From Geosiphon pyriformis uo1 (taxonomy: Eukaryota > Fungi > Glomeromycota), in contig JAAOMT010000083.1 of NCBI GenBank assembly GCA_016748015.1, forward strand, positions 31,007 through 95,006: a DNA stretch of 64,000 bases, given 5' to 3'. This document shows positions 25,401 to 38,881 of this stretch, in pieces. Position 1 is the stretch's first letter; each line of letters opens with the position of its first letter. The notes under the pieces were generated by a model that was not told where the DNA came from, did no database searches, and saw nothing but the letters and a program-made list of their open reading frames with translations. A program made the position numbers and the translations under genes.

Positions 25401-28400
25401 GTAAAATTACTTATAAAATAAAAAAATTTATCAATTATAATATTATATTTCATATAAAATAGCTTAATAATATATAAATAGTTCTAAAAAACATAAGTTT
25501 ACAAATCATATTATTATACTTAATATAAAAACTATAAATAAACACAATATTTATAGCATATACAAAGCTTTTAATTAGAAAAAAGCTTTAAAAAACTTGA
25601 TTATTAATAAAAAAATATTGTTTAAAATTATTTAAAAAAATATGTGTATTTTTGTGTTAAATTAGAATCTCAAGATATATACTATTATTATTAACAGAAA
25701 TTTAAGTTATTAATTAGCATGAAATTATTTTTATAATTTTTATTATTAATAACTTAATTTGTATAAAACACAAATATAACTAAATTATAATAATTAAAAA
25801 CTATAATATACTAAATTATATAACAACCAGAATTTGTCAAAATATTTAATAATTTATTAAAATAACTTATAATTTAAAAAAATAATTTGTAATTTGATAA
25901 AATGTATTTTTAGTTTACCAAAATATTAAGAAAAAAAAATGCTAAATTATAGAATAGTATTACAATAAATTATATAAAAATAGAGCTTTTTTCTTCAAAA
26001 TAATGTATTATTTCTTAAATATTTTTTTAAAATTGATTTATCTTACAAATTAATTCAATAAAAATTTATCTTAAAAACCCAAAAACTTTTAATTATTGTT
26101 ATTTCAAAATTAATTATTTTGTATTAATATTTGAAATTAATTAACTATTAATTTTAATAAATATTAATAACTTTCAAATCTAAATTCAAACTGACTTCTT
26201 TGAATTATTTCTTTATTTTTTTTTAGTTATTTTTTTATTTTTATTTTTTTCTATATTTTTAAATAACTTATAATTGAGATTTTCTGTAAAAGAGTTGACT
26301 TTTTTAGCAAAGTAATTACATATTATTTAGAAAGTTTATAAATAAAATTTTTTGTAAAAGAGTTAACTTTTATTACAAAGTGATTATACAAAATAATTGA
26401 TACAGAATTGGCTATTTTATTATAAATTTAACAACAAACACAATTCAAAATATAGAAAAATAATTTAAAAAATAAATAAGCTTATTGATGTTTATTAACT
26501 TCTATTAAACAACAAAATTAATAACAGCAAAAAAAAATAAAATTTTTTTTGATAATACTATAATAAAATAGATAATAAAACAAAAATTTTTCAAAGTTTA
26601 AAAAAACACCAAAACACTAATATATTAAGTAAATAATTAGTAATTTTAAAAGTTGTAAATAATTAAATTTTTTTAATAAACAATAATATTCATATAAGTA
26701 ATGTAATTTTCAATGTTTTTTTTATTATATTTATATTATTTCAAAGTTTAAAAAAAATATAATCGAATTTGATAAATAATTTTATTGTTAAAAAAATTAC
26801 AATAAAAAAAAACAAAAATTTGAATAATTATTGCTTTATATAATAATATTAAATAGATAAACTTTCTAATAAATAACAAATTTAATAACTTAAAAGTTTT
26901 TTAAGTTTTTAAATCTAACTTAAATTCTTTTTGGTTAATATATTCTATTTAATTATATTTTAAATATTAAAAAAGCCAATTTGATTATATTATATAAACA
27001 AAAACTAAAAAAACACAGTATTAAAATTATTTTGGTATTTGACAAATAAAAAATTATTTTAAAACAACATATTTTGGCTTATTATTAATTTTATTAACTA
27101 ATAAAGTTCAAATTTAAAAGGTAATTAATATAAACTTAAATAAAAATAAATAATTAAAATTATTCCTAAAATTAAAATTATATCAAATATATAGGCTAAA
27201 TTATTAGTAATTATTTTTTAATAATATATTAGTATATATTGCAGTAAAATAAAAATTTATATTTATATTACTATTTTGAACAAATATTGGCTATAATTAC
27301 AATACCTAAAATTTATTTTCTTTTTATGTTTTACTTATGAATATAATCTTGCCATAAGTAATATATTTAAAAAACCTAATAAATTTAAAACTGTATTAAA
27401 ACAAATAATAACAATAGTTAATTATTTTAATAATACAATTTATTTATATTTTATCAAAAAGTTTCGAAAAGTTCAAAAATAAATATATTCAAATTATATT
27501 ACTTTAATTTATTCAGATAATATTTATTAGAATTTTTATTATTATTGTCTTAAAAATTTTGTCAAGCTTTAAAAATAAGTATATAATTATAGATTTATTA
27601 ATTTAATTAACTTTTAATTTAACATTAAATTTTTCAAAAATCTAGCTATTATTTATAAATTATTTTTAAATCAACTTTTAATTCATCTTAATAAATTTTA
27701 TTTGTTATAAAATATAATATTGATTTTGCTTAATAACAATTTTTGATAATTAATAACATATTTGTATTTTCTGTTTTTTCTTTATTATAGAACTTTTAAC
27801 AAATCACAATTAGATACTATTTGTTTTTATAAAATATTACAAGCTTTTAATTGCATTTTAAAAATATGAAAAGAATATTTAAATTAAGATTTAACACAAT
27901 ATATAATTTAATAATTAGGGTAAAAATAGAAAAAATAAAAGCAACTTTTATTATTGTTAATTTTTTTTTAAATTCAAATATTCATAATATATAATTTAAA
28001 ACTAATATTGAAATTTAAACTTTATATATTTTGCTTAATTTATTACTTATTATTATAAAACCTGATTTAAATACCAGTTAATTTATATTTTGTTTGAGTT
28101 AGAAAAATATAGAAAACGAAATTATTTCTTTAATTTTATAATATATAAACAATTTAGAAAAAATATATTAAGATTTTGAAAATTTGCTTTCTTTTAACTA
28201 GAAAATTAAATTTTTTGACAATATATTTATTTAAAATTTATGTCAATATAGTATTTATAAAGTAACTATAAAGTTCAAAAAGATTTTTTTATATTAATTA
28301 ATAAAACTATTTTCAAGTAAAATATTTTTATTTATCTTTATTAAAATAAACAAATTTATTGTTTTTTAAAATTTAAAATAAAAAAGTATTAGCTATAAGC

Positions 28401-28999
28401 TAAATTTATTCTTTAATTAACTTTTTTTAATGAAAAAACGAATTTTATAAACAATATCTTGTTTAACCAATTCAATATACTATTTATCAATAAAATTGTT
28501 AATAAGTCTATTAATAAATTTTTTATTAAAAAATTTATTAATAAAATAAATAAATGTAAAATAGATAATAAACAAAATAAATTGCAAAATATTAAAATAT
28601 TAAATATAATAATATCTAATAATTAAAAAATCAATTACATAACTGGAAACAAATATTAATAGATAAAAAAAATTGCCAGATTAGAAAATAAAAAAACAGA
28701 AATAATAATAATGGCAATATAAAAAGTAATTTATTAAATAATTACAAATATTTAGCAATAAATAACAAAACAAAATAAAAACTAATTAATATATTTGGTT
28801 TATTGTTTTAAAAACTAAATTTTATAAATAATAATAACTATTTTTTATTATTAATATATACATTTTTATTGATTATATTATTTATCATATTTATATTTTA
28901 ATTAATTAATATTATGTTAGTTTTAATAAAATAATTGTTCTAATAAGAATTTCTATTAAAATTATTAAAACTCTAAAAAAATTCGAATGTTTAATAAAC

Positions 29000-30420
29000 T
29001 TTTTAATATTTAGTATCAATCCTGTTTTAAAATCTTACATATTATGTTATTTTTATTATAAGCAAAATTTTTATGTACTTATTAATTGCTAAGTTAATTC
29101 TATCTGATTTAACTTTGTAAAATTCATGAAATTTCTTGATATAATAAATTTTTGGGTTATATAAAAAGTTAAATCAACAATATTAAAACTTAAACCAACT
29201 TAAATACTATTTTAAATAATTCTAATTATTTCAGAATTTAATTTTAACTATTTATGTATAAATTTAACAAAATTCATATCTAAAACTAAAAATAAATACT
29301 TAAATAATTTGGAAATTAGAAATTTTAATTTCAAGAAATAAGATAAACAAAAATTTATTATATATAAAGTCTTATTAAACCAAGTGTTAAAAAACACTTA
29401 TTTTGTATATTATATTTAAATTACTTATTAATCTTAGTTTTTTAAAGTTATTTTTTATAATATTTAATTTTTACAAAAAATATTCTTAAATTTAACCTAT
29501 TTAATATTTTTAATATTCTTAAAATTATATTTTTAATGATTTTTATTGATTTATTTTCATAAATTAAAAAGTATAATATTTAAAAATCTTTTTCTAACTC
29601 TAATAAAATACATATAATCTTATAATCTATTAAAAAAAACTTCTGTGTATTTAATATTCTATAAATTATTACAATATTATACAAAAAAAACAAAAACAAA
29701 ATAAAATTTATAATTTTTTTAATCTTATAAAAATTCATCTATGTAAAAATTTTAATAAATAAACTATCTAAAAGTAAATTAATCAGACTAAAATTCAAAT
29801 ATTTTTTGAAACTAGTATTGTATTTTGTATTATTTTTAAAATTATTTTCTAAAATAATAAAAATATTCTTATTAAAAGTTTTAATTATAAAATTATTAAT
29901 AATTAAAATTTGACTTAACTATATACTTAAAAATATATTTTTATATAATTTTAGTATTGTGATTAACTATTTGTTTTTGAATACTGACTGAATTATTAAA
30001 AGCTGATTAAAAACTTTTGAGATTTTAAAAACATGTTTAATTAAATAGTTATTTATGATTATTATAATACTAATATCTAAGAAGTTTAAATTTAAACCAG
30101 ATGTAAATACTTTTATATTATTAAATTTATTAGTAATTTAAAGTTTAATATTAGAATAAAGCTTAATTTTTATTATAATTAAAACATTATTTTTTATTTT
30201 TTTATGTTATTTAATAATATTATTTTGTTTAATAAAAACATTTATGTTTTTAATATTACATATAGTTATTTTTTAAGTTAAGCTACTTATTGAGAATAAA
30301 CAAGATTATATTACTACTTAAACAAAAGCAATCAAGTTTTTTTAATATAAATTTTATTAATCTTTTAAATTATTATATTAGCTTTCAGACTATCAATTTT
30401 GAAAGTTAAAACTTTAAAAT
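29000..30420 (-). mobile_element. Decayed LINE relic covering the ORF1/ORF2 junction and endonuclease region
   Basis: 30080-30410 is homologous to 51740-52060. The reverse translation VFFNTWFNK...LKLKFLISKLFK matches KKWFK...HKLELLVSKLVK of the younger ORF2. Confidence 0.55.
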
Positions 30421-33400
30421 TATTTAAAAAAAGATTCAAAGAATTATGTATTATATTAAATAAAATTAGATAACTTAATAATAATTTGTCAATAATTATA
30501 TTTAATTTTATGTTAAAATTTTGTATAAGTACTTTATTGGTCTTAATAATAAAAATAAAAAACATTTAATTTGTAAATAATTTTTGAAACATAGTTTATA
30601 AAAAACTTCAAAGAATATTCTAAAATCTTAATACATAAATTTAAAGTTATTTTTACAAAAAAAAGTGATCCAAAAATATTGGAAAATGTAATTATTACAT
30701 AATAATATAAAATAATATAAAATAATTCAAAATAATACAAAATAATATATAATAATGCAAAATAGTACAGAAAAACTAGTAATAATATAAAATAATTAAT
30801 TATAATATAAAAAAATAAAACAATAGTAAAAATAGTAAGCAATAATTAATAACAACAAATAATTAAAAGCAATTTTATAGAACTAAAAAATATGTATAAA
30901 ATAAATAGTTTTAATAGTTAAAAAAAAAACTGATCAGACAAAAATTAATTTTTCTTTAATATTTTATCTTTATTCTAATAAATTTTTATCTTATTCTTAT
31001 TTATATTTTTTAACTAATCTAATAAAATAATATTATTTAATTTACAATTATATGATTCCAAAATTTTAATTGCCAAAATTTAATTAATTGTTTTTTTTAT
31101 TTTTATTTTAAATCAGATACTATTAACATAAATACTTTTAGAATTTTAATAATTTAGACTAATTTTTCTTGATTATAACAATTGATAAAATACTAATTTC
31201 TTTTATATATTTTTTTATTTTATTTTTTATTTTTTTATTTTTTATTTTTTTTGTAAAATAACAATATTGAAAATTAATTGTTTTTGAATTAAACTTCATA
31301 ATAGCCTGATAAAAGAGAAAAGTTTTTTCTAAATTTAAATATTAACTTTATTTATTAGTTTATCAAAAAAACAAAAAACCAATGCCAAATTTTAACAACT
31401 ATATTTGACTAGCTTAGAAAAAAAAACATCTCTGTATCTTATAACAAAAGAACTTAATAAATAAAACTTTAAACAAAAAATTTTTTAAAGATTAATAATT
31501 TATTTTATTACTAAAATTAATTTATTTGAAATTATTTTGTTTTTAATATCAAATTATAAACACTAAATATTATAATCATATTTTTTAAAATTTATTTATA
31601 ATATTATTAAACATATTAAGCAAACTTTTTGCTAAAAAAACCTAAAATAATACAAATAAAAGACTTTTTATCATATTGCTTATTATAAAAGCTTAATTTA
31701 TACTACCAAAAAAGACTAAACAAGACACAAAAATCTGTTTTTTTACATAAATATACATAATATAATTTTTATTTGACATAAAAAATTTAGTTTTATTTTA
31801 ATTAAGTAATTTGGTATTTAGTATATTAATATTAAAAATATGATCATATTTTTTATAATTAATATACACTAAAATTAATAAACAAGTCCAATTTAAACTT
31901 ATATTCTTAAACATCAGAATTACACAAATAATAATATTTTTAACAAAAACAAAATTAAAACATATAATAATATAATATATATATATATAAGAAACAAAAT
32001 TATAAGAAATAAAACAATTTTTTTTATTATATAATAACAAATAATCTGAAAGATTATGAATAGTAATATTTATTAACAGTATATATAAAAAAGTATAATA
32101 GCAGATTTTTAAGTTTTATATTTGTTTTTTATTGTTGGTTTTGGCTATATATACAAAGTTTTTATTTAATAAAATTAATTATTTAAAAATAATTAAATTT
32201 ATAATTTTAATACTCTTAAACTTAATCAATATTTTTTATCAGAAACTAATAATTGTAGTTTGATTATTTTAATCTTATTAAATTTAAATAATATTAATTT
32301 TAATGTTAATTTAAACAGATTAATTAGACTTTTCTTAATAATAATTTTTTAATCTAATTTAATGCTAATTTTTATAAATTCATATTAATCAAAATTTTTT
32401 TACTAATAGCCAGCTTTTTAATTACTTTTAAATTAAATTTAAAAATAAACATCAATTAAATAATGTTTTAGAAAAGTAAGTGCTTTTTCAAAACTATTAA
32501 TTTTGCAAAAAAAGATTTTTAATATTTTTAAGTTTTTTATTTAATATTTTACTAGATATTATAATAAAATTAATGTTTAAAGCAAAAAACTTAACTAAAT
32601 TAAAGCATTTTTTTTCTTTGACTAATATATTAAACAACAAAATAAAACCAATAAAAACAGATGGTAAGAGATCAAAAATTTTATTATTATATAAAAAATT
32701 ATAAAACAGCTTTTTAGATGACTTTTTAAATAGTAAATTCATATATGTGTGTCTTTTAAAATTGTTTTATTTATGTATTTATTATTATTGAATATATTAA
32801 GATTGATAAAATTAGTTTTTTTATTATTGTGCTTTCAAGTTTTTAATGTTAAATATTTATTAATATTATCTTTTTTACTCTTAACTTTATTGCTTTAAGA
32901 ATAACATATAATTATATTATTATTTTTTAGCATTTTTATGGCCAAAAAATTTGTTAATAAATTTATAATATTAAACTTAATAATAAGTCTTTTAAATTTT
33001 TTATTGAGTTTTTTTAACATATAAACATAAATATTTCGGTTTTTTTTGTGTTAAAACAGTTTTTACTTCAATTTTGTCAATATTTATAGCTCTAACCAAA
33101 TTGTTAATTAACTTTATAGTTAAGTATAAAAATAAATGAAAGAAAAAAAATATAAATTTTTTACAAATTTTAATAGTTTTATTATAAACAGAAGATCAAT
33201 AAAACAAAAAATTTTTTTATTAAAGTTTTATAATAAGTATAAAATTTTAAATTTTAAATCTTTTTATTAATAAATAAAATAAAATACACTTTAATTATTA
33301 AATAATAGAAAATAATATTTTTATAACAATATTTTAAATAAATATTTTTTAATAATTTTATATACAATAAAACTTATTATAAGCTATTTTTGAATTTAAT

Positions 33401-33875
33401 AAATTAGAAAATTTTAGTATTAATTTTAATTTACTTATTTATTTTTTTTAGAAAAAGCATTTTTTATTCAAAAAACAGTTTGAAAAACCAAAAAAATTAT
33501 ATATAATTATATTAAAAATATTAAAATTAATTAATTTAAATTCTTAAATAAAATAAAGTTAAATTTTTAAAAAAATTTTTTTAAAAAAAAATTGCATAAA
33601 TGATTTTAAAATTATCTAATTTATTTAATTTTTTTATTGGCATTTTTTGAATATTTTCAAATAATAATACTTTTATTTTCATTAAATTTGTATATTTATA
33701 TTAAATTTATTAAATATTAAAAAAAGTTTATTTTCTAAAATTAATATTTTTGAGTTATGATATAATAATAAGTATTTTATTAAAATATTAAATTTTTTGC
33801 AATAATAATTTGTTTAAAACTAAAAATAAAAATAAATAATTGTTTTTATTTTAGTTTTAATTTTTTAATATAATT

Positions 33876-36141
33876 TATTAGTATTAAAAAAAAATTCTTT
33901 GTTTTTTTAATTTTATGATCATGATCAAAGCAAAGAGTAAAAAATCTGCATCTGATATTTTTTTTGAAATACTTATTAAAATTTTAACTAAAAGAGCTCT
34001 TTTTGTTGTAGAAACAATTAGGCAAAATGTTTTAAAAGCTTTTTTTTTATCCAGTAATTATAAAAAGCTGCTTTTGGTAGTTACTAAAACAACTTTTTTA
34101 TCTTTAGCTAGTCTTTCACTAGTCAAAATTCTCTCAAAAAAACCCATTTAAGTGAATTCTAGTATTGCTTTTATCTTTTTAAAGAGCCCAAAAATTTTTA
34201 ATAACAAACCAGTTAATAAGCTGGTCTTTTCTTCTATAGCTTTTATATTAAATGCTGCTAACATTTCTTCTTCAAAAAAATGGTCAAAAAAACCAAGAGT
34301 TCAGAAAAATGGAAGCAATCACTTGTTTTTGCTATTATTATATTGAACTCTTTTGTGGTTTTTAATAAAATTTTAGATGAGATCTCCATAATATTATCTA
34401 GCATGTTATCTAAGATGGACCAAGATTAATTACTGGTTGTATTGTCAAATATGATGTTTTCTAGCAAATTATTACTAATTTTAGAAGCAAATAATTATCT
34501 TCTGTAATATTATCTGTTCTTGAAAACTAAACTAATTATAAAAAAACTGAATCATTTCCTCTTTTGGTTTTTGGTGCTGCTGTTAATAATGCTTAGGAAA
34601 TTATTGTTTGCCATCAAAGGTTTGCTGGGTGGATGGCTTCTACTCTGGTGTTTGATGCTATTTTTAAGATTAAATTAGCTCATATTAAGACTGTTTTTCA
34701 GTCTGTGCATAGTTTTCTAGATGTAAAATCAGTATTAAAGAACAATATAAAACTTTTTTGTATAGAATTTGCTTTTCAAATGTCTTTGGAAGCTGCATTT
34801 TTGGTTGAGCTATTTTTAAAATTGTCAAGTCTTTGGTAGTTTTTGAGTCTGGTTCTCTTTCTGCTGCTATTGTACTAAATAATGTGTCTTTATATGTATT
34901 TGCTGCTAATATTAAGATAGTTCTCAGTGTGTTTGATAGTGTTGCTTATGTTGTACTGAAGTCTGCTGATGTTTGACAATATGTGGTTGTTTATTTTGAA
35001 AAATTAAACTTTGCTTTGAGTTATTAATCAGTTTTGGTAGACAAAGATAGTATTAAAATTTTCTTTTTAGCAAATTAGAATAAAACTATTCTGTTTCATA
35101 ATAAATTTAATGCCAAGCTAGTCAACTTTTATCTGACTGTACTGCTTTTAAAATCAGTAATATGATTTCTTAGGTTGGTAATCAAACATGTTTTATTTTT
35201 TGCTTTTTTAATTCTGATTATTGTTTTTAGTTTGCTCTGGTTATATTTGAATTTTAGGTTGATCTGAATTCTGTTATTATTAAGACTGGTACTCTAAGAA
35301 AGTATCATATCTAATAAGAAACACTTGGTTATTAGTATTGTTTTAGATGTCAAGAAATAGGCTACTTAGTTGTAGATTGTGAAATGTTTCTGTCTTTTTC
35401 TCTTAAGGCTTTCAAGATGTTTGTTTCATGTTTTGTAAGCACAAAGTTTTATGCTAAGATGTCTGTTTCTCTAAGCTTTTTTGAATTTTCTCTATTAATA
35501 ATTTCTACTTTTCTTTCTGGAATTAAAAATAATCCTTTGATTTTGTTTCAGCTCATGTCTTTGGAATCTGATTTGGTTAAATTGTTAGTATTAGTTGAAT
35601 CTATTATTAAGTCTGTTAGTAAATTGGTAATTGCTTTTAAACAATTTATTAAGAATAATTTTGTGTTTAGCAGCAAGCTTAGAAACAAAATTAATAAGTT
35701 TATAATACATTTGAGTGCTTTTAGTAAATCTGTTGGTAAATTGGAAAGAAAGATGGTAGCATTAAAGACTGAATATAGCATAAAAGATGTTGATTTGTCT
35801 GGTAATTTTGGTATTTTAATTGGAGTAAGTAATAAAGTGTTTGGTAAGTTAATAGCACTCTGGAAATTTAAATCTCTTGAAGTTAGGTTTAGTCTTATAA
35901 AAACAGCCAAATGGCTTGTTAGATTGGTTTCTAGTAGTCTCACTTTGTTTGATGTAATTCAGAAGATGTGTATTTTAGACAAGTTTTCTTGTAAGTTGTT
36001 AGCATAGTATAGCCTAAACTGGCTTGAGTAGCTGGTTACATGTAAAAAGTGCATGAATTTTACTTAGTTTAAAACACTTAATTTGTTTCATTGTACTAGA
36101 TAGTGATTAAGTTATACTCATTAAAACTTTAATAAAAAAAA
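33876..36141 (+). mobile_element. ORF1-only non-autonomous non-LTR retroposon (HAL1-like), copy A
   Basis: A single disrupted ORF (~33915-36007) with RRM-like segments and a zinc knuckle CFRCQEIGYLVVDC, directly followed by the LINE-type 3' tail and an A-run. Collinear end to end with 53875-56162. No clear TSD. Confidence 0.8.
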
Positions 36142-36920
36142 TTAGTGTTTTTTGTTTAAAATTATTAAAATAACATATTATATAAAATATACATAATTTT
36201 TTAAATATTATAAAAACATAATTTATTTAGAATATATATATAATTTAATAAATTTAAATAATATAATTAATAAATATATTTATTATTTTAATTTAAAAGA
36301 ATATTATATATTAGATATTAAATTTAATTTAAAATAAATAAGTGTAATTTAATTTTTTATAGACTGATTTTTTATAAAATTTTATCTTATTCTAAATATT
36401 ATTAAGTAAATTAAAAACAAAAAAGCTATCTTTTTATTATTATTTATTATTTTAAATAATAAAAAACCTAGGCTTATTAAAATATATTAGAATATTAATA
36501 TATTGAATTGTCTTAATGCTAAGCATGATAAAAATTTAAAAACAAAAAATTTAATAAAAAAACCTTAAAAACAATATAAAAAGTTAATTAATAAATATTA
36601 ATTTGTTTATTTAACTTAATAGTTATCTTTATTTTATTTCAAATTAATTTATATTTTAGTTTTAATTATAAAAAACAAATAAAAAAGAGCTTAAAGTAAT
36701 AATAATAATAATAATAATTTAATTCATATTTAACTATAAATTTAAATAAAAAATTATTTATTAATTACATAAATTAATTTTAAAATATTAGTAAAAGCTT
36801 CTCTTGTTGATCTTCTGATCACAAAGAGAGCATTTATATTACCAAAGATTTAACTTTTCTCTTTCTTCTTCCCCTTTGTTACCTTTAGTTATTTCTTCTG
36901 ATATACTCAATTTTGTTGCA

Positions 36921-38881
36921 ATAAAATCAGTAGGCTTTTCTGCTGGTAGTTTTGGTACTGGTTTGACTGGATTAGGATCTCAGTCTGGGACTAAAAAAAA
37001 AATACAAGTTGAGAGTGTATACACTTAGGATCCTTCATACAAAAAAAAATCGAAAAAACCTGATATTTTTAGAGTTGTAATGAATTCATCAGCAGGATCT
37101 CTTTCTAGACATGTTTTACAGACAGACTGTGGTAAATGCAAAATGTTTTGAAGTAGTGAGATTGAGAATAAAAATGCCAGCATTAGTGAGGTGTTTGACA
37201 TTAAGAACATGAACAACATGATGGCTGAAAAGACTAGTTATGTAGATTTCAACACTTCTGAGACTGATGACATGGTGGATAATGTGACTTCTAAAAAAAC
37301 ATGAACAAGAACCTATGTTTTAGAACTGCCACCAAAAATGCTTTCCTTCAAAAACTTAAGTAATGATAATGCTGAGTTGGTGCTTTTTAAGTCCAAATTT
37401 GCTGGATCCAATTAGCTACTATTAGCCAAATAACATGTTTCAGAGAGACATAGCTTTGAGCCAGTTAAATCATTCACTTTGGATGTGGAGTTGGCTGCTG
37501 TGTCTAGAAAAATTAATGGCAATAAATTAATTTCAATCAAAAAATATTTTTATAGAATTGATGGTTTTGGGAGAGCTTTTATTTCTTTAAAATTCCCAGA
37601 GATCATCAGAGCTTCATTTACTTTTGAATTTAGTATGAATAAGGCAAAAGAATTTGTGATCTGTGAAAAAATTATTGTTAATGATGATCTAAGAAAAGTA
37701 AATAGCTGTACAGATAAAAAAATTGTTGTCAAGGAAATTTTAGTTGATCTTCTCAAGTCGGCTGTGGAATTGGTTTTTTTTAAGTTTGAAAAGATTGTAT
37801 TAATTAAGATGCAATTGATTAGACTGTGGCAGAAAGCTTTAATAGAGTTTGAGTCATCTGAAATAGCTGATTTGATCACAGCTAAATGGTCTGTCTTCAT
37901 GGAAAAGAACTCTTTTTGTATGACAAAAGCCATTGATGATAAACAATTGTGAGTTTCCAGAAATCTACATTGGGCATTGTTTTATACTCTTCCAGTTAGT
38001 ACTATGGCTCATGATCTTTTAGATTTGTTGAAATCATATGGTGGGAAAACTTGTTTCATTGGTCATAATCCCAGCTCTTATGTGCATAATAGATGTGTGA
38101 TTGTGTGCTTTGTTGATAAGGCATCCAAATTGGCTGCTATTGGTTTTACTCTAGTGTTTAAGAGTGTGAATTTGTGCTGGACTGGTTTTTTTTGGCCTGT
38201 TGTGTTCAATGCAAACAGTTAAGTCATATCTCTATAGGGTGTTTACTAGATGAGAATTCTGGTGTTCATGGTAAGTGGGTGGTGACTTCTCAGAATTGGG
38301 TTCACTTGGCCAACATATATAAAAGAAAACAGGCACCAATTGTTCGCCCAGTTTTTTTTGGTGAGAAAACTTGGGCCCAGATTGCTGGTGGTTCCTTCTT
38401 TTATGTAGTTTTGTTGGGTTTTTTAGGTGTTGGTTTATCTTTGGGTGCAAAACCTGTGTTGATGGTTTCTGATTCCCTCAGTGTTTCTTGCTTGGTTAAT
38501 CAATTGGCTTCTTTGGAATGCTCTTTAGAGCTTTTGACAGATCAGGTTTCAGTTATTATGGAAAAGTTGAGTTTTGTAAAAATGGTGCCTCTGGTATTCA
38601 AATTGCATATCTTACTCCCGGTTGCTTTCACTCTTGTTATTTCTGGTTTGAACTCAGATATGACTTTGGATAATACAACAGCATCTTTTCTTCTCCCTCT
38701 TTTAGTTGTTGCAGACCCAGTTGCAGACTTTAGTTTGAGTAATTTTAAGGTTTTGACTATCAAGGTGGGTGGATTAGAATCCAAAATAGTGGCTTTGGAG
38801 GTGTTGGTTGAATTTGTTTTGGATAGGTTAGATCATTTGTGCTTTGGCTTAAGTTTGTTGACTTCTCTTACTTCTCAATAA
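36921..38881 (+). pseudogene. LINE A ORF1 (RRM-like domains and CCHC knuckle)
   Basis: ORF fragments 37479-37952, 37977-38222 and 38174-38881. Knuckle CVQCKQLSHISIGC. The start codon appears mutated (ATA at 36921). Confidence 0.8.

Larger units (their letters stand above)
21000..33850. other. Extremely AT-rich, CpG-depleted field of decayed transposon relics
   Basis: No credible intact ORF; the listed ORFs are I/N/K/F/L-rich artefacts. Recognisable LINE fragments lie inside it. Confidence 0.7.

Noticed and set aside
25400-28900. Possible further gag or ORF1 relics
   Set aside because: The texture suggests decayed coding DNA, but no motif could be matched with confidence by eye.
21000-33850. 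Short ORFs (23586-23825, 30365-30842, 31798-32040, 32497-32742) and possible organellar DNA
   Set aside because: Low-complexity products of AT-rich sequence. No organellar genes are seen, and the recognisable parts are TE relics.
33877-33885. TSD for half-LINE copy A (ATTAGTATT vs ATTAGTGTT at 36141-36149)
   Set aside because: Short, mismatched and AT-rich, and it overlaps sequence that may belong to the element's 5' end.
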